64,000 nt of DNA from Obrimoposthia wandeli (taxonomy: Eukaryota), in assembly GCA_977020255.1 (NCBI GenBank), contig CDROCS010000562.1, positions 310,001-374,000 on the forward strand. The letters are read 5' to 3'. Below the pieces are notes generated by a model. That model made no database searches, was not told the DNA's origin, and saw only the letters and a program-made list of their open reading frames with translations. Positions 1-9,900 of the stretch are shown here, one piece after another (position 1 is the stretch's first letter; every line of letters begins with the position of its first letter). Position numbers and translations under genes: made by a program.

Positions 1-235
1 TAAGTTTTTGAGAAATCGGGTAGATTTGTTCCTCGAAGTTAAGAATTTGATAAGTTTTGAAAAATCGAGTAGATTTGTTCCTCGAAGTTAAGAATTTGAT
101 AAGTTTTTGAGAAATCGGGTAGATTTGTTCCTCGAAGTTAAGAGTTTGATAAGTTTTGAGAAATCGGGAAGATTTGTTCCTCGAAGTAAGAATTCGATAA
201 GTTTTGAGAAGTCGAGTGGATTTGTTCCTCGAGTT
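1..235 (+). repeat. Tandem array of ~49-50 bp units (>=4.7 copies, truncated by window edge) in the element's 5' leader
   Basis: Unit taagttt(t)gagaaatcgggtagatttgttcctcgaagttaagaatttga repeats at about 1, 51, 100, 150, 198. Confidence 0.95.
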
Positions 236-237
236 AG

Positions 238-459
238 TAAATTTGATAAAGTGAGAATCGAGTGGATTGATACTCGAAGTAATTAATTGAATAGGTTAAG
301 TCGGGAGACTGTGTCCTCGAACTAATTAAAGAAATAAAAAATCGTAAATAAATTTGATAAAGTGAGAATCGAGTGGATTGATACTCGAAGTAATTAATTG
401 AATAGGTTAAGTCGGGAGACTGTGTCCTCGAACTAATTAAAGAGATAAAAAATCGTAAA
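238..459 (+). repeat. 111-bp tandem duplication in the 5' leader
   Basis: taaatttgataaagtgagaatcgagtgg...aaaaatcgtaaa occurs at 238 and 349, nearly identical. Confidence 0.95.
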
Positions 460-728
460 ATAAGAATTGTGAAATAAGATACAATAATAAGTAAATTGAT
501 ATCGTAAACGAATACATAATTGATAAGACAACGGATAATAGAAAAGGACCCGCGTATAATACTAGAAGACAAAGTCAGATTCCCAAGGAAGAGATAAATA
601 ATAATAAAGTTAACCGAATTGAACAGGTTCCCCAAACAGATAACGAAGTAACAGAAAAGACTAGAGTCGAAGAAAACGTATCAGAAAGAGACGTTGATCA
701 ATCAGCGGTTTCAACCGGCAGTTTTAAT

Positions 729-3269
729 TTGACTGAATTATTTGGTGACATAGACCCAGAAGAATATGAAATTGCCAATCCAGTAGTGATTGAGGAAGTT
801 CCATTGAATAATATTGAAGAAATAGTTGAAGATATAGTTGAAAATATGGCTCAACCAGGAGCTCAAGCAGAAAATAATGCAGGAAATAATGTAGGTGACA
901 TGAATGCCGAGCAGTTGGCACAAGCCATAAATGCGACGTTGAGACCCAATTTTTCAGGATCATTGCAGATTACAAAGTTTAAAGGAGATGAGGAAAGTAT
1001 TTGTGACTTCCTCGCAGAATATTCGAGTTGTGCAGATGTTCAAGGATGGAACGATAAAGAAAAATGTGTCCGAGTACAGGCACACTTAACCGGATTAGCA
1101 CTTGAAGTGTATAAACATTTGACAGAAGCAGAACGTTTAGACTGGCCAACGTTGGAAAATGCTTTTATTGGAAAATTGGTATTAGGAGACTTAGCCAAAG
1201 TAAATAAGCGACTCATGAGAGAACGGAAACAGAAACATGATGAAGGCGTGAATGAATACGCGTATGTTTTGAGAACCTTGGCCGCAAGAGCGTACCCAAG
1301 AAGAATAATGAGAAATCAGGACGGTAATCCTGTAGCTCAAGAAGCACAAGTAGCGGAAAATGACCGGAACCAAAATGAAATGGCAGAGGTTTTGTTAGAT
1401 ATATTTAGAGGAGGATTGAAAAAGGATATTAAAGTGTTATTAGCAGTATCGGATACAAATGATTTTGATAACGCCGTGCGAAAGGCGAGAGAGATCGAGA
1501 AAAATATAAAAAATAACGCAGCATTGGCAATTTACGCAATGACTGCAGGTGACGACGATAAGACAAAGGTATTTGTGAATAAAACAGAACCGAGTAATTT
1601 TCAGAATCGAAATTATGGACAAAATAAGTTTGAAAAAGTAGATGAATCCAGTAACGGAAATAGCGATAATTTCCGAAGTAGGAATCGAGATGATTCGAGA
1701 GGTAGAAATAATAGTGAGTCTTGGAACAGGAATCGAGATGATTCAAGAGGTAGAAATGGTAATGATTCGTGGAATAGAAATAGAGATGATTCCAGGAATA
1801 GATTTAATAGAGATAATTCAGGAAATCGCCAACCTTGGAGAGGAGACGATAGGAATTATAACGCCAACAGAGGAGAGCGAAGTGACTCTCGATTTGGAAA
1901 TAATACAGGAAGTAGTGACGGAAGATTCAATAATCGAGGAAGCGGTTTTGAATCGAATTTCCGAAGAAATGATTTTAGAGGACGATATGATAATAGACAG
2001 AATAGTCGTCGAGTGCAGTTCGAAGATGAACAAAATAAGATAGATATTCGAGGGAGAATAATGTGTTACACGTGTAAACAAATGGGTCACTATTCGAGAG
2101 ATTGTACGAGAAGTAAAGAGTTCGGAACTAACAGATTTGGAAATAATAATTTCGGTAATAATAATTTTGGAAACAATTATAGAGGATATAATTCACCTCC
2201 GCCATGGAATAGAGGTGGGGGATATACTCCACAGCCATGGAGACCGAATAATCAGTATACAGATAGACAACAGTCACCAGGTAGATACAATAACTATGCA
2301 GACAGACAGCAAGGAGCTGAGAGATACAATAATTACGTAGGACAGCAAGGAGCTGAGAGATATAATAATTCCGGTAAATATAATAATAATAATGTCGACA
2401 AGACAAATAGTCGTGAGAGTTCGCCGAAACCGAAGGGAAATTTTAGTTATGTAAGCGATGACAGCGATAGGAATCGTGAGACCGAACTTCGACGCGAAAT
2501 AGATTTTGAGGATAGTGATAGTAAATTTGAACGAATGTTGGGAATAATTAAAGATTCACCACATACAAAGATGGCGAATTCATCTACGTTGTCGAAACAA
2601 GCAAAAAGTCTACACTCGAGAGAAGAGATGAATGATTTAATGAATAAAATACTAGAAGCGTATGAGACACCAATAGAGAAAACGTGTAACGCACAACCTA
2701 TGACTGATCATGTAGAAGCAGCAAGAAATGCTATGAGTATGGAAAATGAAAAAAAGATAATTAGTGAAGCTAAGGAGACGTTGAATCAACCGTTAGATGA
2801 AACAAGTGAAGCTCCAGAAGTTTTGGCCAAATTGCAAACAATTAAAGTGCACAGATTGGAAGAAGTGCGAGCAGAATTGGTTAAACATAGTCATGATAAC
2901 TTGGGTTACAAAGAAGTACCACGAGGACTATTGAAAGGTTATGGTCGTTACGTACAGAGATCAAACCAAAAAGGAACGATGAAAATTTCGCTTCGATTAA
3001 TTTCCGGACAGATAATACATGAAAAACTTAACGTGTATCAGACAATGAAAACTATTCGGAAAAAGTTGGCAGAGAAACTTGAAATTGATGGAATGAATAT
3101 GTTGTTCCATTATAAAGGGAGATCACTAGATGATGAGGACGTACCAGTCAAGTGTGGATATCCGATAGGAAATGAATTAGAGGAAAAAATTGATGTCATC
3201 ACGGTAGGACGTCAAGAGTTAGTAGATAATGAAGGATTAACGGAGATATTAAATTCTGCGTTGGAATAG
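729..3269 (+). CDS. gag: ORF1: Gag (capsid-like domain, R/N/D-rich and N/Q/Y/G-rich low-complexity regions, CCHC zinc knuckle) with a C-terminal ubiquitin/SUMO-like domain
   Basis: FKGDEESICDFL..W..KEK..V..HLTG.AL..Y retrotransposon Gag pattern; knuckle CYTCKQMGHYSRDC; UBL-like MKISLRLISGQ...FHYKGRSLDDEDVP at 2979-3212. Frame is open from 495; 729 is a TTG and the first ATG is 846. Confidence 0.9.
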   Translation: MTELFGDIDPEEYEIANPVVIEEVPLNNIEEIVEDIVENMAQPGAQAENNAGNNVGDMNAEQLAQAINATLRPNFSGSLQITKFKGDEESICDFLAEYSSCADVQGWNDKEKCVRVQAHLTGLALEVYKHLTEAERLDWPTLENAFIGKLVLGDLAKVNKRLMRERKQKHDEGVNEYAYVLRTLAARAYPRRIMRNQDGNPVAQEAQVAENDRNQNEMAEVLLDIFRGGLKKDIKVLLAVSDTNDFDNAVRKAREIEKNIKNNAALAIYAMTAGDDDKTKVFVNKTEPSNFQNRNYGQNKFEKVDESSNGNSDNFRSRNRDDSRGRNNSESWNRNRDDSRGRNGNDSWNRNRDDSRNRFNRDNSGNRQPWRGDDRNYNANRGERSDSRFGNNTGSSDGRFNNRGSGFESNFRRNDFRGRYDNRQNSRRVQFEDEQNKIDIRGRIMCYTCKQMGHYSRDCTRSKEFGTNRFGNNNFGNNNFGNNYRGYNSPPPWNRGGGYTPQPWRPNNQYTDRQQSPGRYNNYADRQQGAERYNNYVGQQGAERYNNSGKYNNNNVDKTNSRESSPKPKGNFSYVSDDSDRNRETELRREIDFEDSDSKFERMLGIIKDSPHTKMANSSTLSKQAKSLHSREEMNDLMNKILEAYETPIEKTCNAQPMTDHVEAARNAMSMENEKKIISEAKETLNQPLDETSEAPEVLAKLQTIKVHRLEEVRAELVKHSHDNLGYKEVPRGLLKGYGRYVQRSNQKGTMKISLRLISGQIIHEKLNVYQTMKTIRKKLAEKLEIDGMNMLFHYKGRSLDDEDVPVKCGYPIGNELEEKIDVITVGRQELVDNEGLTEILNSALE

Positions 3270-3383
3270 ATAAAAACGCCTATAGAAATTTTAGACAGTT
3301 CAAGCGAAAGCGGAGATAATGATGTAGCTGAAGCTTGGAACAAGACATCCACACCAGAACCGTACGTAGCTGAATTACAAGAC

Positions 3384-6300
3384 ATGAATTTAGAAAATGA
3401 GTTGACAACTCCAGTGGTCGAGGTGCCACCAGAACCAGATATAATTCAAATCAGACAAGATGAAGTCACGGATACAGCTAATCAAGCGAGACAAAACGAA
3501 AACGTAACCCAACTAGTAGGAGAAGACGAAATCTCCGAAATTGTAGATTTAGATTCACCAATTTGGCATGCTGCATACAAAGATAGACAAGCAGAGCAGA
3601 TGATGCGACAAAATGAAGAGATTGGCCATGAAGAAGGACCAAGTCAAGAGATACAGTATAATGATGAACCGTATGATCCAGGAGAGAATCAAACTGAGTA
3701 TCAGTATTTTCGAAGAGGACCTGGAAGACCTAGAAAGGACGGAAGTATATTACGAAATGTTCTAACTGCACCACAAACTGATGAAGAGAGACATCTAAGC
3801 ATTGGACAGTTAGCAGCGTCATTAGAGCAGTATAGTGCAGAGAGGAATGAAGATATCAGAGGTGATATGAATTCAGAAGCTCCAAGTAGTAAAGATATAC
3901 TTACGGGAATTCTCAGGCAAGTGAAGCCGAAGTTGTTCAAAATGTACAGAGATGAAACAACCGATATAACAGACAATTTGACTAAAGCAGTTAGATCACA
4001 GATGTCTGCAGTAAAGAGAATGACCGCGAATCATGTATACCATGCATCGATAGATAGATTTTACGACGGTGAAGTTTTAGCGCGATTATGTGGAAACCAG
4101 ACTACAAATAAAAAGTTAATTACAGCAATCACATATCTATGTTTCCAATTGACGGAACGAACGAGCCAACCTCACGAAGTCAAACAAGGAATAAATGAAG
4201 CAATGTATCTGATCGAGAATGTATTACAGAGACGAATTGACGAAAACGGAGGTTGGGCAAAATTAAGTGACTACGCTAAAACCATTGTGGAAATGAATGA
4301 AGACGATGACGAACAATGTCATGAGAATCGTCAAAGAGAAAATAAACAATACCGTCCGAAAGAGAGAAACAATCAACCAAATATGTCCACAACAATGATG
4401 ATGATGATGTTAGTAATGTTCATGGGAATGCAACAGGCATCAGGACTGATAGCATACGACTGTAGCATACCAAAGATGGGACAAAAGTATTCACTGCTTG
4501 ACAGCGAAGACTGTCCAGAATCACAACCGTCAAAACTAGAAGTTAAAGGTGTTGAAAACTACTTTGTGTATCAGGATGTTGATAAAGTACAAGTAGAAGT
4601 GAAAGAATGTTCAATCCATTCAAGTTATCACGAATTCTATTGTGGCCATAGAAGTTTTATGTCGGAAATCACACCTACCACACCGTACAAAGCACATAAG
4701 GTTTTGCCAAGAGATTGCGAAGACGCATTTCGAACAGGAACAATAGAAGTAGACAAGAATTACAAACCTGATGTAAAAATTGGAGTGAGACGATACGAAA
4801 CAGTCACGAGAGTCGGACAACGATGGGCTGATGGATCTTGTGACGGAGGAACAAAAAACGTGCGTGGAACCAAAGTAACCGAGTTAGTAATGGACGTAAC
4901 TTACAAAATCGAATTAAAAACATGGACCGCCAATTTTGATAAAAAGACACAACTAATGATGAAGTATCCAGAATGTAAAATGACAGATACATCTTGTTTT
5001 ACAGGCGAATCCACAATTGTGTATCACGTGAATCCGAAACAATGCTCTTTAGTATTTTTGAAAGAGATTAGCTTTAACAAAATAAAAGGATTCCTGTATA
5101 ATAAAGATGGAGAAGGATTCCTGTATAATAAAGTTGGAAAAGGATTGCTCAATGAAACAAGACCAATTCCAATGACAAAGACACCTACACTGTTAATGGC
5201 AACATCAATAGAAGAAGGATTGATATTTATTAAAAAGAGAAACAAAGCGCGATGTGGAATGACTGTTAGTACTACAAACTATCCTGGAATAGTTTTGTCC
5301 AAAGAAGCAATAGCATTGGCAGAAACCAAGCTAGAACCTAGAGATATGCAGCTACACACGTATTTTAATAATAAAATTGATTTCTATTATCATAAAGGAT
5401 TGATGCAAATGGAACAGTTATATCGGATGATGATCGAAAGAGATTGCCAGCTAAACAAAGAGATCGTAAGAACAAAGTTAGCATTAGCTATTACGAATCC
5501 AGACATGGTAGCACCATTATTACCCTTGGATGAAGGAGTATTTGCTAAAACCATGGGAGAAGTATTGTATACTTACAAGTGTAATAAAGTAGAGGTACAG
5601 TTGAGAAAAACAGATCGATGTACGAGTGAATTGGCAGTAACGTATAATTTAAAAGATCTTTTTGTTGAACCAATCACGAGAATGATACTTCCAAAAGACA
5701 CTCCAACTAAAGAAATCAGCTGCTCTAATATAATGGCACCTGAATATCAGATGACGAATGATCTATGGATAACGTTACCTGATCGAAAGCCAACGAAAAC
5801 CCCAGCGATGATAAAAATGACGAATCTTAAAGGTAAAATGAAATTCGAAGCGGTGGAAAATATGGAGAACGCAGGATTGTACAATGAAAAAGATTTAAAA
5901 GCGGCGTGGAACGAAATAATGTTTCCAGTAAAAAGAGCCAGAGTACTTACGGAGATGGTACATCGAGCATTACCGCCAGGAGCTAGATATGCGAATTTTG
6001 ATATGTTATTATCGCCAAGTCATTTCAAGGAAGCAGCACATCAGACACTTAGAAAGATGTGGGGGAAATTCCTTGTTTTAGGACAACTATTTTCGGGTAT
6101 CATAGGTATTTATGTTATAATTAAATTTGTGCTGGTAATTATAGCCCAGGTGTTGTCTACGTATAGTTTATACAGGATAACCGGAATCACCTGGCAACTT
6201 ATAATTGGATGTTTTCCATTTTTAGCAAAATATCTAATGCACCATCATCACGAGAACGAGTTGCGAGCCCTCAAGAAGGAGCAACATCAAACGAGAACCA

Positions 6301-6986
6301 TGATACGAGACCCAAGAAATTATCGAGACGACAACGACGACGATAACGATAGTCCAGGAGTATATGCAAAGATACCAGGAAAACCAAAGATTCCGTTACC
6401 AGACAAGGAAGAAGTGGCGTTAAACCTATACCCAATGAAGGAACTAAAGGAAGAGAAGGAAAAGTTCAAGAGAGGCATTTTAATGATAAGATGGCCTAAA
6501 GTGAGCTACAGTGAGATTCCACAAGCAGAGGAAAAAGACAAAAAAGATAATTCCAGAAGAATTCTGAAGTCTAGGATATCAAATGAGAATCCAAATGCTC
6601 CACCCCAAGTAGCAGTAACATTGAACGGAAGAGAATATCTTGCCGAAGTTGATACTGGATCCGCAGTATCAGTACTGAGTAAAGAAATCTTGTCATCAAA
6701 AGAATTAAGAGAAGTATGTCCTAGAAAACAGACATTTGTTAACGTAAATGGTACAGATGTAGTGTCGGAAGGAACACTGAAATGTTCATTGAATATCGAT
6801 GGAAGAGCATTGCAGTTAAGTGCTAGAATATTCACAGATTGCGGTAGTCCAGTCATGATTGGGATGGACGTAATAAGAATGTTTGAAGGAATAATTATAC
6901 TACCAAACAACAAGAGTTATAAGAATGACAGTTCAGTGAGAGAGATAAAAATGTTGAGAGGACCTATAGTCGAAAAGAAAAAATAA
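3384..6986 (+). CDS. env: ORF2: acidic N-terminus + AT-hook + Bcl-2-like domain + internal signal peptide + chuvirus-type (class III-like) envelope glycoprotein + TM + retropepsin 1
   Basis: RRGPGRPRK (3711-3737); IDENGGW BH2-like motif (~4236-4256); signal MSTTMMMMMLVMFMGMQQASG then LIAYDC (4446); Cys-spaced ectodomain motifs DGSCDG, RCGMTVSTTNYP, RDCQL, GEVLYTYKC; TM ~6070-6236; protease VDTGSAVS (DTG 6651-6659). Confidence 0.85.
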   Translation: MNLENELTTPVVEVPPEPDIIQIRQDEVTDTANQARQNENVTQLVGEDEISEIVDLDSPIWHAAYKDRQAEQMMRQNEEIGHEEGPSQEIQYNDEPYDPGENQTEYQYFRRGPGRPRKDGSILRNVLTAPQTDEERHLSIGQLAASLEQYSAERNEDIRGDMNSEAPSSKDILTGILRQVKPKLFKMYRDETTDITDNLTKAVRSQMSAVKRMTANHVYHASIDRFYDGEVLARLCGNQTTNKKLITAITYLCFQLTERTSQPHEVKQGINEAMYLIENVLQRRIDENGGWAKLSDYAKTIVEMNEDDDEQCHENRQRENKQYRPKERNNQPNMSTTMMMMMLVMFMGMQQASGLIAYDCSIPKMGQKYSLLDSEDCPESQPSKLEVKGVENYFVYQDVDKVQVEVKECSIHSSYHEFYCGHRSFMSEITPTTPYKAHKVLPRDCEDAFRTGTIEVDKNYKPDVKIGVRRYETVTRVGQRWADGSCDGGTKNVRGTKVTELVMDVTYKIELKTWTANFDKKTQLMMKYPECKMTDTSCFTGESTIVYHVNPKQCSLVFLKEISFNKIKGFLYNKDGEGFLYNKVGKGLLNETRPIPMTKTPTLLMATSIEEGLIFIKKRNKARCGMTVSTTNYPGIVLSKEAIALAETKLEPRDMQLHTYFNNKIDFYYHKGLMQMEQLYRMMIERDCQLNKEIVRTKLALAITNPDMVAPLLPLDEGVFAKTMGEVLYTYKCNKVEVQLRKTDRCTSELAVTYNLKDLFVEPITRMILPKDTPTKEISCSNIMAPEYQMTNDLWITLPDRKPTKTPAMIKMTNLKGKMKFEAVENMENAGLYNEKDLKAAWNEIMFPVKRARVLTEMVHRALPPGARYANFDMLLSPSHFKEAAHQTLRKMWGKFLVLGQLFSGIIGIYVIIKFVLVIIAQVLSTYSLYRITGITWQLIIGCFPFLAKYLMHHHHENELRALKKEQHQTRTMIRDPRNYRDDNDDDNDSPGVYAKIPGKPKIPLPDKEEVALNLYPMKELKEEKEKFKRGILMIRWPKVSYSEIPQAEEKDKKDNSRRILKSRISNENPNAPPQVAVTLNGREYLAEVDTGSAVSVLSKEILSSKELREVCPRKQTFVNVNGTDVVSEGTLKCSLNIDGRALQLSARIFTDCGSPVMIGMDVIRMFEGIIILPNNKSYKNDSSVREIKMLRGPIVEKKK

Positions 6987-6998
6987 ACTACGTTCCGT

Positions 6999-9900
6999 AT
7001 GGGAAATTCGTACCAAGACAAAAAACAGGAAGCGCTAGTAAAGTCGATACTTCACTACAAAAACGTAAACCTCGGACCACAAGAGATGACGAGGAGGAAA
7101 ATAACATATGTGAATCTGTCAGAAAAGGATCCCATGAGATTCGAGAAAAAGAGACGAAATATATTAGAACTGTACTATTCAAAAGAAATGGCACGTAAAA
7201 TGGCAAGATCAGGTTTAGAAATGTTAAACGCGACAAGCAGTTATGGTCATGAGATAGTAGTACGATGCGTATTGTGTAGAGTAAAGTTTAGAGAGTGGGA
7301 AAAGAATGAAAACCCAATGAGACGTCATAAAAGAGATGCACCAAATTGTCCATTTCTTTTGAAACTGAAAACGTCAAACGTACCAGAAATCCAAAAAGGA
7401 AAAGCACCCGATTTCGATTACAGTGACGAGATTCCAAAAGGAGAATCAGCTCTAATAGTAGGCAGAGTAGTAACAAATAGCCGAATTGAAGACATATTCG
7501 AAGTTATGCGAGAAGTGAACGAATGTGACGAACAGTATCGAGAAATAACTTTCGAAGATCCAAGACTTAAAAAATTGGCAAAAAAGGGACTTTTTGCTAT
7601 AAAAAAGGATGGTAAAGACGTAATTAAATGCCACAAGTGTAAAAAAGAACGAATTATCGACAGATATACTCTTGAGCTGCCTAAGAAAATTTTACATCAT
7701 GAATTTTGCGAGTTTTGTATGTTAAAAAACAAAATAAAGCAAAAAGAACAGAAAACCGAATGTATAATCGAATACCAAATCACACGGAAAGAGATCTTGG
7801 CTCAACAGGACACACCGGTAGTGTCATTCGTGAGAAGGTTATATCCAAAAGAAGCAGAAAGAATCAGAGAATTGGTAGAATTAAAAATAAAAACTACGCG
7901 AAACGGATACGGATCGATTTTTGAATTACTGCGAGATAAAGATGACAGTACAATTGAAACAAAAGAGAAAGAGTACATAAATGAACTAGAATACGTACTA
8001 GAAGATCCGGAATGCGCAGTTTGCATGGTCAACAAAATAGAAGTTGCCTTTCTACCATGCGGACATGTAAGAACATGTCGGAGATGTGCGAACGAAATGG
8101 TATCATGTCCAATTTGTCGAAGAATAATAGATCGACAAGTGAGAAACATTAGATTTCACTATCCAAACAAAGGAAGTGGACCGACAGAGTGTAATAATTC
8201 GATAAATACAATATACCATATGGGAAATATAAATGGAGCACAGCGACCAGCAGCTATCATTAGAGTAAATAATTTAAGAGTAAAAGCCTTAATTGATACA
8301 GGTGCTGTAGCTTCGATAGTAAGTGAAGACTGTTTGACAGAAGAACAGAAACGAACAATGGCAGAACCAGATGAATTCTTGGTATCGGTCAATGGAGACC
8401 CTGTTAAAGTGACGGGAATATTACCATGTACATTTATAATTGGACGTAATACGATCACTATACCCGTTAGAATCATGAAAGAATGTCCTGAACCTACAAT
8501 TTTAGGAATGAATGTACTATCTCAACTTAAAGGAATAAGTATTGATTTACAAGATCCAAGATTGAAGGATAGCACATCAAACAGACAAATAAACCAAATT
8601 GATGTAATTATAGAGAATCCTATAAAAATCGGAAAAAGATCACAATTTCTCATTCAAGGTCACACCTTATCAGAAGATAAAGGACCAGTTGTGTTCGAAC
8701 CATCACGAGATTTCATAGAGAAATACGAATTACCAGTTGTAAGTACAGTATGTCTGATTGAAAATCACAAAATACCAGTTAGACTGATGAATACAACCAA
8801 CAATGACATCCTATTATACAGAGGGATGAGGTTTGGAAAGATAGCACAGATGGAGAATCCCACCATGTGTGCTATGAAACTCGATAAAGATACGAATGAT
8901 TACGAAGAAATAGTAATCCAATCAGAAAGACTGACAACTAGAGAAAAGAAACAATTACTTGATCTAATACATAAATTTCCGAAAGTAATTGCAAAAAATC
9001 CATATGACATAGGAGAAACACCTGTCATAAAACATACAATACCACTGACAGAAGACAAAGTAGTCAGAAGAAGACCATATCGAGTACCATTACAGTTACA
9101 AGATGAAGTAAAAAGTCAGATCGAAGATATGTCTAAAACAGGAGTAATTAGACCGAGTTTTTCGCCATTCTCAGCACCTGTGGTGTTGGTAAAAAAGAAG
9201 GATGGGAAAATGAGATTCTGTATAGATTTCAGAGAACTGAACAAGATCACAAGAAAAGATGTGTATCCATTACCTAGAATCGAAGAGATGCTCGATACAT
9301 TGGGTAATTCAGATTTTTTTACAACATTAGATTTGCAGAGTGGATACTGGCAAATCGAGATAGAGGAAGAGGATAAACACAAAACAGCCTTTTCCTGCGG
9401 AGATGGATTATACGAATGCGAAAAGATGCCATTCGGACTGACAGGAGCTCCAGCAACATTTCAGCGTTGCATGAATTTTGTACTCGCATCGTGTGCAAAC
9501 ACGATGGTTTATATCGATGACATAATAATATTTTCGAAAACGTTCGAAGAACATTTAAAAAATCTTGAAGTTGTATTTAAAAGACTGGAAAACGCTAAAT
9601 TAAAAGTTAAACCTACAAAATGCGAATGGGCTAAAGAGCGAGTAACATTTTTAGGACATATAGTATCGAAAGAAGGCATTCGACCTAATCCAGCAAAGAT
9701 CGAGAAAGTAAAAGCGCACTTAGCGCCAAAGACTGTTAAGGAAATACAGAGTTTTTCAGGTCTTGCGAACTATTATAGACGATTTGTTGAACATTTGTCA
9801 GATATAGCAACACCATTGAGAAAGTTGACGAGGAAAGATAAGAAGTTCATATGGGGAGAAGAAGCACAACAAGCGTTCGAGCATTTAAAAGAAAGACTGA

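Noticed and set aside
234-635. 133-aa minus-strand ORF
   Set aside because: Largely generated by the 111-bp duplication and the antisense of the extended Gag frame; no recognisable domain.
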